The position numbers and the translations under genes were made by a program. This document shows, one piece after another, positions 48,862-62,406 of a stretch of DNA of 64,000 nucleotides (positions are counted from its first letter, which is position 1; each line of letters opens with the position of its first letter). The stretch comes from Octopus sinensis (Eukaryota), in NCBI RefSeq assembly GCF_006345805.1, contig NC_043000.1:101990001-102054000 (forward strand). Reading direction: 5' to 3'. The notes beneath the pieces are model-generated. The model had not been told where the DNA came from. It ran no database searches and saw nothing but the letters and a program-made list of their open reading frames with translations.

Positions 48862-49513
48862 GGGCGCATTAGTTGAACTACCAAGGGGATATAAGTGTTT
48901 GTAGGATATTCGCTCTCTACATTAAAACTACAATTAATTGGTAATTCCGTTACTCTGGACAACCGAATTGCATCTTCGTGAAACCCGACGGAAAATCCAT
49001 GTTATGAGAGAAAGTGGAGAGTGCATTTGTTTTTTGTGCAAATACTCGTTTCATTTCCTTTTTCCTGTACATGACAACACTGACAAATTGGTATTAATTC
49101 AATATTGATTTTTCTCTCGCTGATAAGATACGTATAAAAAACTTAAATTAATATACGTACTTGAAACATCCTTAGTTTAGAATATCAGGGCGCATTAGTT
49201 GAACTACCAAGGGGACATAAGTGTTTGTAGGAAATTCGCTCTCTACATTAAAACAACAATTAATTGGTAATTCCGTTACTCTGGACAACCGAATTGCATC
49301 TTCGTGAAACCCGACGGAAAATCCATGTTATGAGAGAAAGTGGAGAGTGCATTTGTTTTTTGTGCAAATACTCGTTTCATTTCCTTTTTCCTGTACATGA
49401 CAACACTGACAAATTGGTATTAATTCAATATTGATTTTTCTCTCGCTGATAAGATACGTATAAAAGACTTAAATTAATATACGTACTTGAAACATCCTTA
49501 GTTTAGAATATCA
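48862..49513 (+). repeat. Head-to-tail tandem duplication of a 326-bp unique sequence
   Basis: Units are 48862-49187 and 49188-49513. Four substitutions seen by eye. Confidence 0.93.
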
Positions 49514-52125
49514 GTGTACATGCAAGTATGCAAATGTAGAACAAGACTAGCTGTAATATTTTGTTTCAAAGAAACTTTCTAAGATACTTTTGTGTTGCAA
49601 ACGTATGGCTTCAGTCAGAACGCCGGTGGATAGTTAGACATAATATTGCAACCTCGTTTGATCTCAGTGGTGAATACTGCGTACATACTGAGCTAAAATG
49701 AAAATTGCTCTATCTGATTTAAAAATCGTTAACAAAACATTGGTTGATTGGTGCGAAAGGTGGCCAGGCTAGAATTACATTTATATACTTGTTTTCTATC
49801 TTACGGTTCTTAGATGGCTATTAAATAGATGGCAGTAACAATAATATATTTCCAACTTTATTAGTGATTCATGTATAAATATGTGGTTAAGAAATTCGCT
49901 CTGCAATCACGTGGTTACGAGATTGTGTGGCACCTTACGCAAGTGTCTTATACCTGATCCTCGAGTTCACCTAATCTTCATGAAGAAAATTTTGTAGATG
50001 AAAACTTGAGTTGAGACTAATCTGGTAGACCGTGTTTGCTAATGAGTCATATATTTATTCCCTCTATTTGATATCACCTCCTAACCCGTATGTGATTTTA
50101 GCGGAATCCACTGTGTTCCAAGTCTTAGCTTCAATCATTTTTCTGATAATAATGTTTTCCCATCAATCTGGATAAGTCATTGAAAAGAGTGGAATGAACT
50201 GATTTCAGTCAGGGATCACAGTAAGACACTTATTGAAGCCAATAATACCCAACATATTTAGATATATTTCATGCCATCCCTATTAAAGCTGTGTGGTGTG
50301 AACCAACAAGTAGAAATCTACATTGTCTCTCAAGCTAAAAATAATAGTCAAATCATCTGATAATTGTCTATGCAAAGGACATATTTATATATGTAATGGT
50401 TAAAAGTACCAACAGAGAAAGCATTTACAAGGTTGTACGATCTGCTACAAGCTGCAGCCAAACATCACCGGAAATCACACCCTGCTTGCTTTAAAGATAC
50501 ATTATATAATGTAATTGAAGATTTAACGATGGAGGAAAAGGTCGGACAGCCACGATTGAATTCTTTTTCATTATAATTCTGCATATCTGAATTGTGTTGT
50601 GGGTAAAATAAACAACAATGCTAGAATAAACACCACGCGTGATGACAAATAAAAATGCTTATAATAATATTTAAATGGTCAAAGATATCAGCCAAAATAA
50701 ACTTATAGCCACATAGCAACTTACTACATCAGTATGGTTGATTTATTTGCTAGGCATTGCTGCCATGTTTCCTTAATCTGCATCAAAAGATACATTGTAT
50801 AATGTAGTCTAAAATGTATTATGTCCATTATGTCTGATAATAAGACCGGAGAGTCATGGCCGGAATATCTTTTATCTTGGGTCGACTCGATCGATGCATT
50901 TGATGGATTTAAGAACAAGAAAAATCAACTGTTTGATTCAGGAATATGAGAACACCTCCTCACTGCACCCCATGCAAAAGACCATCGTATAAAAGTGTGT
51001 ACAGCATGTTTCTCAACCTAGGGGAGACGTGGTATATCTGGATTAATGGGTCTGTGGATCACGGCGTATCTGTTGTTTGGCTGACTACCTGTGTACCTGC
51101 TTGTTTGACCAACTACCTACATGCCAAGCTGCTTGACTCCGTATCTATACATCTTGTTATTCAACTCGCTACCAACGTGTTTAACTCCATTCGATCAAAG
51201 CTCACTGGAGTTACACAACAAAATCAAAGAGGCACTATCTTCAGACACACACACACACAAATGCACACACTGTCTTCCTTACTCTCAGACGAAGGCCAAA
51301 AGGAAGAAATGTTAAATTCTTCACTCCTCACGGCATCTGAACTTGCAGATTTTTTTTTCAACGCTCCTACAGACTAACTGTTGTCAGCCATAAAGGCCAT
51401 TCCCATTTTCCTCAGGTACCTCCAACAACAATAACAACAGCAGTTTGATTAAGTTTAAGAGTAAATTCATGAAACAATTCCGCCATATTATTGTGCATAA
51501 GAATCTCGAAAGGTGAGCCAGACATCTAATAAAACTATAGCTAAAGTTTATTAGTATGCAGTTGCGAACATTGTGATATGAAATTACAAGTTGTATAATG
51601 AATTAATAGGAAATATTATTGGTGAATACAAATTACTATTTAAATATATATTTGAAAGTTGAATTTAATAAATATTAATTGATATAAATTAACAGTTTAA
51701 CATTAATTCATGTATACATTAATAAATATTTATTACTGATGTCTAACATAGATACAATGCTACAAGTTTTGGGAAAGAAGGAATAATCAATGTTATCGAC
51801 TCCAGTTACTGATGGGTATTTTGTTTTATCGATCCTAAAAGTATGAAAAGCAATGTCGTATTTGGCGGTTGGGTTTGCATTCAGACCATAAAAGGATACC
51901 ACTGAATACCGCGATATATCTTTTGTTCGATGACACTGTATAGCGTTTTTTCTTCTTTTATTTCTGGTTAGTAAGTGTTATTTCATATTTGCTTCTATCT
52001 AGAAATCAAAGGAAATGACTATCATTCCATTCACACTTTGCTTTTGTGACCTTTGAAACTGACCAATTTTCTATGATGTTTCAGACAGATTCGGCGCTGA
52101 TTTGCAGACGCATAAATATCATTGT

Positions 52126-52298
52126 AGCAAATATTCTGCTCAATACCACAGATTTATTTGTCACTTGCTTGACTATAACCACGTCTGCATGTTCCTTTGT
52201 GACAGGTAATATATTTGCATCTCTGATCATGAGCAGGAGTAGTGGGTGAGGGAGCATCATAGCTATGTGTTGAGAGGGATTCGTCGGGGTTTGAATAA
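52126..52298 (+). mobile_element. Older internal fragment of the (ATT)n-flanked retroposon family
   Basis: AGCAAATATTCTGCTCAATACCACAGATTT..GCATCTCTGATCA.GAGCAG.AGTAGTGGG..GAGCATCATAGC.ATGTGTTGAGAGGGATTC is the reverse complement of part of 32271-32785. Confidence 0.8.
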
Positions 52299-53202
52299 AT
52301 GTAACAAAAGAAAAGTTGATGGAAATATTAGCCATTTTTCATACTTTCTAAAATATAACAGTTGCTACCCATGGGCAAAAATCTAAGAAATAAGAAATAA
52401 AAGTTGCTACCCAAGGACAAAACTCGTATTATACAGTGTGGGTCATTGCAGTGAGATTTCCCAATAATGCTCTGATGATCATCAGAGTCATAACCCTGTT
52501 ACTCATTTGGGGGACAACACTGAAAAACTAGACATCGCATCATGATTTCGTAGAAAGATATTTTGGTATACTTTCACATAGCATTTTACTACAGGCAGAC
52601 TGAATTAGCTGAAAAGTTTACAAGATAAAAGATGACAACGTAGGTATGAAATCATTCTCAGACTGGATGAGATCTAACTGAATACTGCAACAGAGTTGAC
52701 TAGGCTAAAAGTACCCAGAGACAAGATGGTGTTGTTAAATACAAACCGATTAAATCGAGTGACTAAGAACAGAAACATCCCATAATCCAAAGGACTTCTA
52801 CGCAGTTCCAGTCTATAAACGTTATCTCTCTGAGTTTTGGTCGAACCGTTCTCGTGGTTGAACAGAACTAAAAAATGCTGCAAAGGGAGCTTGAATACTC
52901 AATCACGTAGTTGCGAAGCGAACCTCTCAGCCACTCGTTCATGTTTATTCATAAATCAATAACCATAAAGCAAAGCTATGATGTTAGTTTGTTGAATATA
53001 TGAATATAAAGCCGTTTTGCTTTATCTAGGGCTTCGTACGGTGCCTCAAAGGCTGTGAAAGTAACAAATCCTCGACCACAAAATATGAATACAAAATAGA
53101 GTAGAACAAATGAAGAACAAGAAATCAAGTAAGGTTGAGATAAATAAACTATGTAACGTACAAGATTACATTCGCGAGACAGACAATCATAAAATATCAC
53201 TT

Positions 53203-53253
<51 letters not shown>

Positions 53254-53402
53254 ATGCGCGCGCGTAAGTGTGTGTACGAGTGTATATGTATGCAGCAGAA
53301 GTGTTTTCTATTTATTAATTAAGCACAGGCACTACTAATTATATTGTTATTTATGTCTTTTGCTTAAGAATATATTCATATACATACATACATATATATA
53401 TA

Positions 53403-53456
<54 letters not shown>

Positions 53457-53927
53457 GTGTGTGTATGTGCGTGTGTGTGTGTGTGTGTGTATTAATGTAT
53501 GTACGTATGTATATGAAGCACAAACACATACACATATACATGCACACATACACTCAATATATATACAAATACATACATATACGCATACGCACAACACACA
53601 TAAACACAAATACTAACTCATGAATAATTTATTGCTCCCAAGAAGTTATTGTCTTATCTTTTGTGAACGTATTTTAATAACTCTAATACGAAAATATTCA
53701 ATGGTGGTGCGTAGAGGTTACTAGGCGTTTTATGGTTCATTTGGTTGTAAAAGTGTCTATTCTGAAATTGTTTCCATAGTATGTTCGGCAGTGTATGGTT
53801 GGTTGCACACATGTGTTTGTGCGTATATATATATACATGCATACATATAGATATACATACATACGTACATACGTACATAAATACATAAATACATAAATAC
53901 ATAAATACATACATACATGTGTGTGTG

Positions 53928-53980
<53 letters not shown>

Positions 53981-54342
53981 GCACACATACATATACATGC
54001 ATACATACATATACATCCATAAGTATGTATTTATGTTTGAATATGTATATGTATTTTTATATGTATATATTTCTTGTATTTGTTCTATCATTTATTGGCC
54101 GCTCACTTCCTTCTTTTCTTTTTTTCGGAAGCAGTAACATAGTTATTTCCTTTCTTTTTCTCCTTCTTCAAAATAGAGATAATTAATTTATGTTCATTGT
54201 AAAACATCGTTGGAAAGCAAAATTAAAATTCAGTTAAAAATTAGACATTCTGTATTTTATCTGCAAGGAGATTGCTAGACACGTTTCGGTTAGTATGTCT
54301 CATCGGTGCATCTAATGGACTACTTGTCAATCAATCATTTCA

Positions 54343-54655
54343 TCCCACGCATGTTTATGCACCAGGAGGCACTTCTCCACTCTCCTCTATCGGTTGCATG
54401 TTCAGCTATTTTTTCTCAGTGTCGGTTAACGGCCTTCAGATTCCCATCTTCGCCTTCTGTTTGTTGGTGCCCAGCTCAATATAATTTTTTAGCTAACCGA
54501 TTATCTGGCTACCGCAGAACATGACTAACCTGTCGCATTTTAGTCCCGTTACCATGTCTTGGAGTGTTGGTAACGTTGCTCTTCTTAAGGCGTCCTCATT
54601 TTTCCTTTTTACATAATCGTAGTATAGAACTGTCAGGATTTTCCGCAAACATTTT
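54343..54655 (-). mobile_element. 3' end of RTE-clade LINE
   Basis: LRKILTV..NEDALRRATLPTLQDMV..SHVLR*PDNRLAK..ATDRGEWRS. A (TTGA)n-like tail lies at ~54327-54337. Confidence 0.7.
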
Positions 54656-55054
54656 TGATTAAATGTACCCAAAGTTTACGTGATTCTTCCCAGTTATTTC
54701 TCACAAGAATAATACATATCTTCATTTTGGTGAAGCTAATGTAAGTATATTTATCCATGTAACAGAAACACTTCTACCCCTTTCCTTCAACTATCTTATC
54801 CTCCTTAAGTCGCTCATGCTTAATCATGCCTTACATATAACTACTTTTATGCAGTATCGAAATATAAAGTGTATGGGAGCGAGAGAGAGAGAGAGAGAGA
54901 GGATATGATAGAGAATTGTCTTTTAGCAGCAGAAACAATTATCTGATCTACCAGACAATATTTTTTCTTCCACGTAAGGTGACATCTATATGTTGGCTGG
55001 TCACTATCGTTGCGTCACACTTTTAAAAAAAAGTATGTTACTCAACCGCTACAT

Positions 55055-55620
55055 CTCATACTACATCTACATATTGTATTTCGGTGGATACAGATGATAT
55101 ACAGTGCATCTTCAGGTGGTTTTCCTTCTATACTGCTGTTGTTCTGCGGGTTATTGGCTTCTTTGAGTGTTTCTCTCTCTGCTCTGTTGGTTTAGTGGCG
55201 AGCAATCGGTATCCTTAGTAGTACTCTGACCGAGCTTAGGGTGAGCAAATTGGCAGTTTGTCTTCATCTCTCCAAGCTAGTAGTCATATTTTGCGTAGAC
55301 CCACAGATAGTTTAGATTTGTTGTTTTTCTTTTTAGTCTTGCGCTTGTATTACATACTTTGTTTTTGTCTTGGTCTCTATCTTACTTATTAGTATTTCTT
55401 CCAGACCTTTCTAGAGTTGTGTCCTTTGTAGCAGAGGTAACTTCACTTGGCCAGTTCTGTTTTCTTTATCTTGCTTTGAGATAAAGTTTTAGGGTCGGCT
55501 TGGGTCATGTCTGCTTTCTTGGTATCATCCTCAGGCACAGCGTTAGTTTCTCAGTTGTGGTCGTTTATAGATGCCGGGGCACCTTAGTTGCTGGTTTTCT
55601 TAGTCTGTGCTTACCTCATC
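55055..55620 (-). mobile_element. Possible heavily decayed Penelope-like 3' end
   Basis: A-rich coding-like minus strand ending in CCTGAAGATG..CCGAAATAC (hammerhead-core-like). Protein similarity is weak. Confidence 0.3.
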
Positions 55621-56116
55621 TTCGTACTGCATCAAATTATCCAACATACGTACATGTAGCTTCACAAGGATATACGAACAGACGAATTTGTTTATTTTTC
55701 TTTTTGTTAGTGCTGTTAAACCATAAAAGCAGCAACTCTCTAATGCCTCTGCAATCAGATACTTGGGTGCAGTAAATTCAACCAATTTCCATACTGATAA
55801 AAAAAATCGGACTACGGCAGTTTTCCAATTTCGTTTTAGACTTATTTTGTTTTTCAAGATTTTTCCTTTAATAAAATTAGCTTTGTTGGCATTCATTGTA
55901 TGAAGGATTTTTTTCCCCTTTTACTGAGAAAGCATGGCGACTTAGGATGAAGGTTGATTTGTTGTTAAGATAAGAAAATAGAAGGTCTAACTAGATTTGA
56001 CTACTTGTACATGGCTCCCGAAGAGATTTACGATGAAAGCTGAAGAGTGTTTTGTTGTTCAGATAATAGATTTGTCTAATTAGATTTATGCTGTTTATGT
56101 ATATAGACATACACAT

Positions 56117-56164
<48 letters not shown>

Positions 56165-57014
56165 ATAAATATATATGTATATATGTATATATATATATAC
56201 ATATATATATGTATATATGTATATATATATGTGTGTGTGTATATACATATATGTGTATATATATATATGTATATACATATATATGTGTGTATATATATAT
56301 GTATATATATGTATAGCTATATATAAATATATATATATATGTACGTATGTATGTATGTATGTATGTATGTATGTATGTATGTATGTATGTATTTATGTAT
56401 GTATAATTTCATGGGAACTGAATTACGAGGAAAACTTGAAGAATAATTTTCCTCTATGAAATAGTAAAACGAAATGGAATAATTTTTTTCTTATTTTGCC
56501 GCAAAGCCCACAACTCAGTGGAAGAGGATGACCGACGATGTCGAACCTAGTGCTCAACTGGTAATTACTTTATCAACCCCAAAAGGATGAAATGTAGAGC
56601 TGATCTTAAAATTAAATGAAATGAAACAAAATGAAATTGTATGTCTATTATGAAAACTTAAAATATTTAAAAATACCTTTAATACTATAAATAAAACATA
56701 TAATTACTGTGTAACCCTGTGGATTTGCGAATATCGAGGTAAAGTGTTCAGAAAGTATAATACTTCATGTGAGTTGGTGTATTTTCTTCAACATGAATTG
56801 CAAATTTGTAGACTTGTACTGTTTTTTTTTCTTTTGTGACTTTTGATGATTCAAGTTACATTAAACCCAATTAAAACACGTTTTCAGGATAGCAAACAAA
56901 AGAGAGAAAAAAAAGAAAAACGCGTGCTACGATACAGGAACTGTACATACATGCATATTTACCTACATGCAGACACACACACATACACACACATATGTAT
57001 ATATATTACTTCAC

Positions 57015-57385
57015 GTTTGCTTTGTTTTACTTGTGTCAGTCATTAGATTGCGGCCATACTGGGGCACTGCTTTAACGAGTTTTATTCTGATATTTATTCT
57101 ATCGGTCTCTTTGCCATACTGGTAAGTTACGTGGACATAAACGCACCAACACCGGTTGCCAGGTGGCTAAGGACAAGCACAAACACAAAGACACCTGCGC
57201 CCGCACGCACATACATACACACACACGCACGCACATACATATATAACGGGCTTCTTTTAGTTTCCGTCTGCCAAACCCATTCTTTGGTCGGCTCTAGGAT
57301 ATAGTAGGAGATATTCGCCCAAGGTTCCACATAGAGTGATTGAACCCGGAACTATGTGCATGAGAAGCACGCTTCTACCACACAG
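57015..57385 (-). mobile_element. SINE family 1, diverged full length
   Basis: Colinear with 8685-9053. Confidence 0.8.
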
Positions 57386-57428
57386 CTACGTTTGTTCGTA
57401 TGTTTATTTATATATATATATATATATA

Positions 57429-57429
<1 letters not shown>

Positions 57430-57469
<40 letters not shown>

Positions 57470-57471
57470 TA

Positions 57472-57502
<31 letters not shown>

Positions 57503-57550
57503 TGTTATTATTATTATCATTATTATTATCATTATTGTTATTATTATCAT
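57430..57550. repeat. (ATT)n/(ATC)n microsatellite
   Basis: Read directly. Confidence 0.95.
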
Positions 57551-57784
57551 TAGCATCTTCTGTCAATTGCTTCCATTTCTTGCGAGTGTCTTCTTGATAC
57601 GTAGGGCAAAAACACGTATTGTATGCATTGGCAGGCCATTAAAATACACACACAAGATTGTTCATTTACAAATTCATGTGATAGAGAGAAAGGGGAAGAA
57701 AGACGGAGAAAAAAATGGAAAATAAAAAAAAATGAAAGAGAAAACAAATGAAATAAAGGCGGTAGGACAGAAAATTGACAGAGA

Positions 57785-58195
57785 CAATGTTCTCAATACG
57801 TTTGACGTACCACTAAAGACAACCTTCTACGCTTCCTGCATGGACAGTGAGCCAGGGACCATTCTTAAATAATTTTCAGTTCCTTTTTTGATCATTCCAA
57901 GTACTCCTATAATCATTGGTATTGTAACCGCATTTAGACGTCACATCTTTTCGATTTCGATTAGCAAATCTCTATATTTTCTGGGCTTATCAAATTCTTT
58001 TGCCGAGAAATTATCATGTCAGGATATGCTCATGTCAATCAATAAACAGACTTTATTGATTTGGTCTTTCACAACAATATCTGGTTTATTTGCTTTGATG
58101 GTCCGGTGTGTACATACTGGGAAGTCCCAAAGAATCGTGACATTTCCTCCATCAGTTACAGCCTCAGGGTGGTGCTTTATATGATGACATGATAT
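57785..58195 (-). mobile_element. RLE domain and C-terminus of an R4/Dong-clade LINE
   Basis: ILWDFPVCTHRTIKANKPDIVVKD..CLLIDMS..KEFDKPRKYRDLLIEIEK..IPMIIGVLGMIKK. Confidence 0.85.
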
Positions 58196-58734
58196 TGCAA
58201 CGATTATGAAACATACAACACGAAGATTACGTGAAAATGAAGCAAACATTTGGTATTAGTTTGACGCTCAGGAAATGGGGAAAAAGGAAAAAAAGAATTC
58301 TTTGATGTTTTGATTATTCGCTCGCCTGAAAGAGTGGATAAAGATGAAGAGAAAAGATTGACGAAAGAAAGTTGGGGAAACGCATCTTATATCTCTCCAT
58401 CACGGCAGGGTGAATGACCAGAAGTAATTTGAGACGACAGGGTAAATGGTGGACGAAAGATTTCAGATTTGGCACGTTGGTAAAGTAGAGTACAGAAGGT
58501 ATAGAAGAATAGGAAAGCTCGTGAATTCCTCATAGATTGGCATTATAAAAATCAAAACAGTGTACGGTTAGACACTAGAATCTAATTATTGAGAAGGTAA
58601 GAATCCGTGATTAGAGTTCCAAGACAGAATCAAGGAAGCGATCCACTGGTGAAATCATCCTTGAGAGGTTGGGATTCACCAAGAGAGGATGTGAATTCAG
58701 ATCAAGAATCAAACTATATATATATTCTCTCTTT

Positions 58735-58938
58735 TTACTCTATTACTTGTTTCAGTCATTTGACTGCGGCCATGCTGGAGCACCGCCTTTAATCGAGAAA
58801 ATCGACCCCAGGACTTATTTTTTGTAAGCCCAGTACTTATTCTATCGGTCTGTTTTGCCGAACCGCTAAGTGACGGGGACGTAAACACACCAGCATCGGT
58901 TGTCAAGCAATGCTAGGGGGACAAACACAGACACACAA

Positions 58939-58971
<33 letters not shown>

Positions 58972-59143
58972 CATATATACGACAGGCTTCTTTCAGTTTC
59001 CGTCTACTAAATCCACTCACAAGGCACTGGTCGGCCTTGGGCTATAGCAGAAGACACTTGCCCAAGTTGCCACGCAGTGGGACTGAACCCGGAACCATGT
59101 GGTTGGTTAGCAAGCTACTTACCACACAGCCACTCCTGCGCCT
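58735..59143 (-). mobile_element. Full-length SINE family 1 (young)
   Basis: Near-identical to 38850-39250. A and B boxes, core and (AAAAGAG)n tail are present. Confidence 0.92.
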
Positions 59144-59299
59144 ATATATACATATAGTTTAACATGTACACACATATGCATATATATGTATTTATTTATA
59201 TGCATACATGGCGAAATGTATATAAATTGTGTATGTGCAACAATGTAATGATAACATCTGGCAATAGCAGGTTTTGGGGGCTGCACCGAGCTGTGCCGA

Positions 59300-59482
59300 T
59301 ATTGCGAAAGTCCTTGTTGGAGGCACAAACTTCCGAGTGCCTTTACAGGGCTTAGAAAAGCTGAAGGACCGCTGCAATAAGTGTGTGAATCTGAGAGGAG
59401 AATATGTTGAATAAAATCATAATTAACTGATCCTTCTGTATTTTCATTTACCCAAAGCCAGGAACATTTCAGTACCAACTCG
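59300..59482 (+). mobile_element. Mariner 3' end with right TIR and TA
   Basis: LQGLEKLKDRCNKCVNLRGEYVE* (classic mariner C-terminus, stop at 59412-14), then ..CATTTCAGTACCAACTCG|TA. Confidence 0.75.
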
Positions 59483-59557
59483 TATATAACCAATTACGAG
59501 TTAAATGCAGGGCTTGTGTTGTGAACATTATCCAATCGCACAAACTCAATGTATCAG

Positions 59558-59737
59558 TTTTGTTTGTTCATTAGTTCGCTGCGAGACAGCACTCTGGGGA
59601 TGACTCCTTCATAGTACTGGCTACTAAAACTCCTGAAAGTCTCAGGCAAGCGAGACAACTCGCCCCCAGACTCATTCGTCATTAAATTTAACCGTCCCCA
59701 GAGCGCTGTTCCGTAGCGAACTGGCGAACAAGCAAAA
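59558..59737. mobile_element. Small MITE-like element with 45-bp imperfect TIRs
   Basis: 59558-59602 versus the reverse complement of 59693-59737. Differences are transitions. Confidence 0.65.
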
Positions 59738-59762
59738 TACATGCATTAAGTGTACGAGGTCA

Positions 59763-59818
<56 letters not shown>

Positions 59819-60149
59819 CACACAGAGGCACACGCGCACACACATCCAATGTGGCTGTAAATTCAACTCGCCTGCACTTTTACTTTCCTTTTTTCGTTCA
59901 ATCAACATCACACCTCCTTCCGGAGTACTTGTACTCCGCTCCTTCCACTTGGCTCCCTGCCTACTACCCCTCAATGTGTAAAATATCTATTTAGCATTCT
60001 TCTAAATATAGTAAGCCGCTACATTTCTGATTGCGGGGTACGAAGCAGTAAGCACTCACAAGTACCCGCCATTAAAACATTAAAATGACAAAATAAATTT
60101 CTTGAAATTATTATTGTATTGTTTGTGAAATCTTTATTCTAGCAAATAA

Positions 60150-60520
60150 ATGCACAAGTACATACACACACACACACGCGTACACACACACACACACACA
60201 CACACGCATACATATATATATATATATACATTCATATATATATGTTATATATATATATATATTTTATATATATATGTATACATATATATATATGTAAATA
60301 TATACACATATATATATATGTATATATGTATACACATATATATATATGTATATATATATATACACATATATATATATATATATATATACATATATGTATA
60401 TATATAATATATATATATGTATATATATATATATACATATACTAACATACATACATGTATACATATATACATACATACATACATACATACATACATACAT
60501 ACATGTGTGTGTGTGTGTGC
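60150..60520. repeat. (CA)n/(TA)n/(TACA)n compound microsatellite
   Basis: Read directly. Confidence 0.95.
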
Positions 60521-60989
60521 AGTAATGGTGAGGCAGCGAAATACAAATCTATTGAATAAGTTCTTAATCGGCAATCTATAGCGATAGTACTGAAATCAAT
60601 ATTCCGATACACTGATATCAAGCTGTTAGAATAACTGAAATTAAAATCAGTGAGAAAAAAAAGAGAAGAGAAGATAACGGAAATTTTTCTTTCCGTTTAA
60701 AAGACGTTGATTCCCATCAGTGAGTTTGAGTTTAACAATGCAATACGTCTTTCATATGTATGTGTGCGTGAGTGTGTGTGTGTTTCTGTGTGGGTATATG
60801 TGTGTGGCGGTTGGGTGGGTGTGTCTTATTTCTAAATGGGTTACAAATAAATTTATAGTAGATAATAGACACATAATTATTCAATAAACCAAGGACAATC
60901 TGACTCCGCATTTGTCTACAAGAACATCGGCGATTCTTACTAAATACATAATTTGTGGAAATGAAAAAAATTAATTTAAAATATTCTTT

Positions 60990-61057
60990 TCTATTATTAT
61001 TATTATTATCATTATTATTATTATCATTATTATTATTATTATTATAAATATTATTAA

Positions 61058-61107
<50 letters not shown>

Positions 61108-61200
61108 GTAGTAGTAGTAGTAGTAGTGGTAGTACTAGTAGTAGAAGTAGTAGTAGTAGTAGTAGTAGTTGTAGCAGCAGCAGCAGCAGCATCGGCAGCG
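60990..61200. repeat. (ATT)n to (GTA)n to (GCA)n trinucleotide array
   Basis: Read directly. Confidence 0.95.
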
Positions 61201-61253
61201 GAAGTATGTTTTGGCTTTGCTTTAATAAAATGCAGTTGCAGCCGGGGTTTCAT

Positions 61254-61914
61254 TTAGTTAGTTAGTTAGTTAGTTAGTTAATTTGGCTCAAAAGCAAATA
61301 GCAAGGCCATGTAGGGGGACATGGAGTTAAGTACAGGGTGGTGTTCATGTAAAGAGTTCAGGCCACTTGAGGTCAATGGAGGCTTTGAACAAAGCGGTCG
61401 TCGGCATCTTCACCATCTCGTCTGGCAGCTTGTTCCACGGATCCGCAACCCGGACGGAGAAAGCTCCTCTCCTTCGATTGAGATGAAATCGTCGCAAGTA
61501 GAGCTTTTCGGAATGTCCCCGCAGCCGACGCTCTGGAGCAGGAGTGAAGAACAGCTCTTTCGAGAGGTTACACTTTCCGCTTATGATGTTGTGGGCGAGA
61601 ATGAGATCACCACGGCGGCGGCGTTTTTCTAGAGAATAAAGGTCGAGCGTCCTCATCCTTTCTTCATAGGATAAATTTTTGAGACAATGAACCATGCGGG
61701 CAGCCAGCTTCTGGACTCTTTCGAGATGCTGTATGTCTTTGAGGAGATAAGGAGAAGAGGCTTGAATCCCGTACTCCAATATGGGTCTCACCAGCGTGAC
61801 ATAGAGTGGTAGGAATATGGCTGCTGTGAGCATTCCGAATGACCGTCGAATCCAGAACAGAATTCCGCGTGCTTTGTTGGCAGCATGGACGCACTGAGCC
61901 GAAGGCGAAGATAC
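61254..61914 (-). mobile_element. 5'-truncated CR1-clade LINE with (TAAC)n tail; RT C-terminal ORF still open
   Basis: AANKARGIL..IRRSF..LYVTLVRPILEYG..LERVQKLAAR..LSYEER..LYSLEKRRRRGDLI..LRGHSEKL..FSVRVADPWNKLP. Confidence 0.92.
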
Positions 61915-61929
61915 GTAAAAAATCGTTTA

Positions 61930-62068
61930 CTGAGTTCAAATTCCGCCGAGGTCGACTTTGCCTTTCATCCTTTCGAAGTCGGTAACTTAAATACCAGTTG
62001 CGTACTGTGGTCGATCTAACTGACTGGCCCCATCCCCGAAAATTTCAGACCTTGTGCCTATAGTAGAA
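61930..62068 (+). mobile_element. SINE family 2, head-truncated
   Basis: CTGAGTTCAAATTCCGCCGAGGTCGACTTTGCCTTTCATCCTTTCG. Confidence 0.85.
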
Positions 62069-62098
62069 AAGATTATTATTATCATTATTATTATTATT

Positions 62099-62406
62099 CT
62101 ATGTTTGACTTTTGCTTTATATTTGTACAAGTTGGCTCCAAGTCTCACCCAGAGACCTCAAGAGACAACAGGTTGGAAGTTCGTGTTGTTGTTATGCCTA
62201 GTGTGCCATATATTTGGTTTTGTATTTAGTGTTGTACTAGTGAATGTCTAAAAAAAAAACCATACGAAAATTATGTTTGTTTTAAAACTTGAGATTACAT
62301 ATTTTGCGTAGGATATGAGCAGTTCCCATGAGCACTATCTTTTGAATTTCTGCCATTTTTGGGTTTCCTGGTATCTGAGTTAGGTAGCAATCAGCCCATT
62401 TTGCTA

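Noticed and set aside
50946-51377. 143-aa plus-strand ORF
   Set aside because: Includes CA-repeat and (CTGA/CTAC)-like low-complexity sequence. No recognisable motif or splice support.
52470-52487. Perfect 18-bp palindrome CTCTGATGATCATCAGAG containing CTGATGA
   Set aside because: No downstream GAAA or stems for a hammerhead. Isolated short palindrome.
58300-58700. Possible LINE apurinic-endonuclease remnant on minus strand
   Set aside because: Only vague resemblance with many stops. Cannot be supported without a profile search.
4968-60574. Dozens of ORFs rich in YI, CV, HT, poly-I/L/Y/N in the ORF track
   Set aside because: They are translations of (TA)n, (TG)n, (CA)n and (AAT)n microsatellites, which lack stops in several frames.
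61254-61280. (TTAG)n telomere-like repeat
   Set aside because: It is the (TAAC)n 3' tail of the adjacent CR1 element, not TTAGGG.
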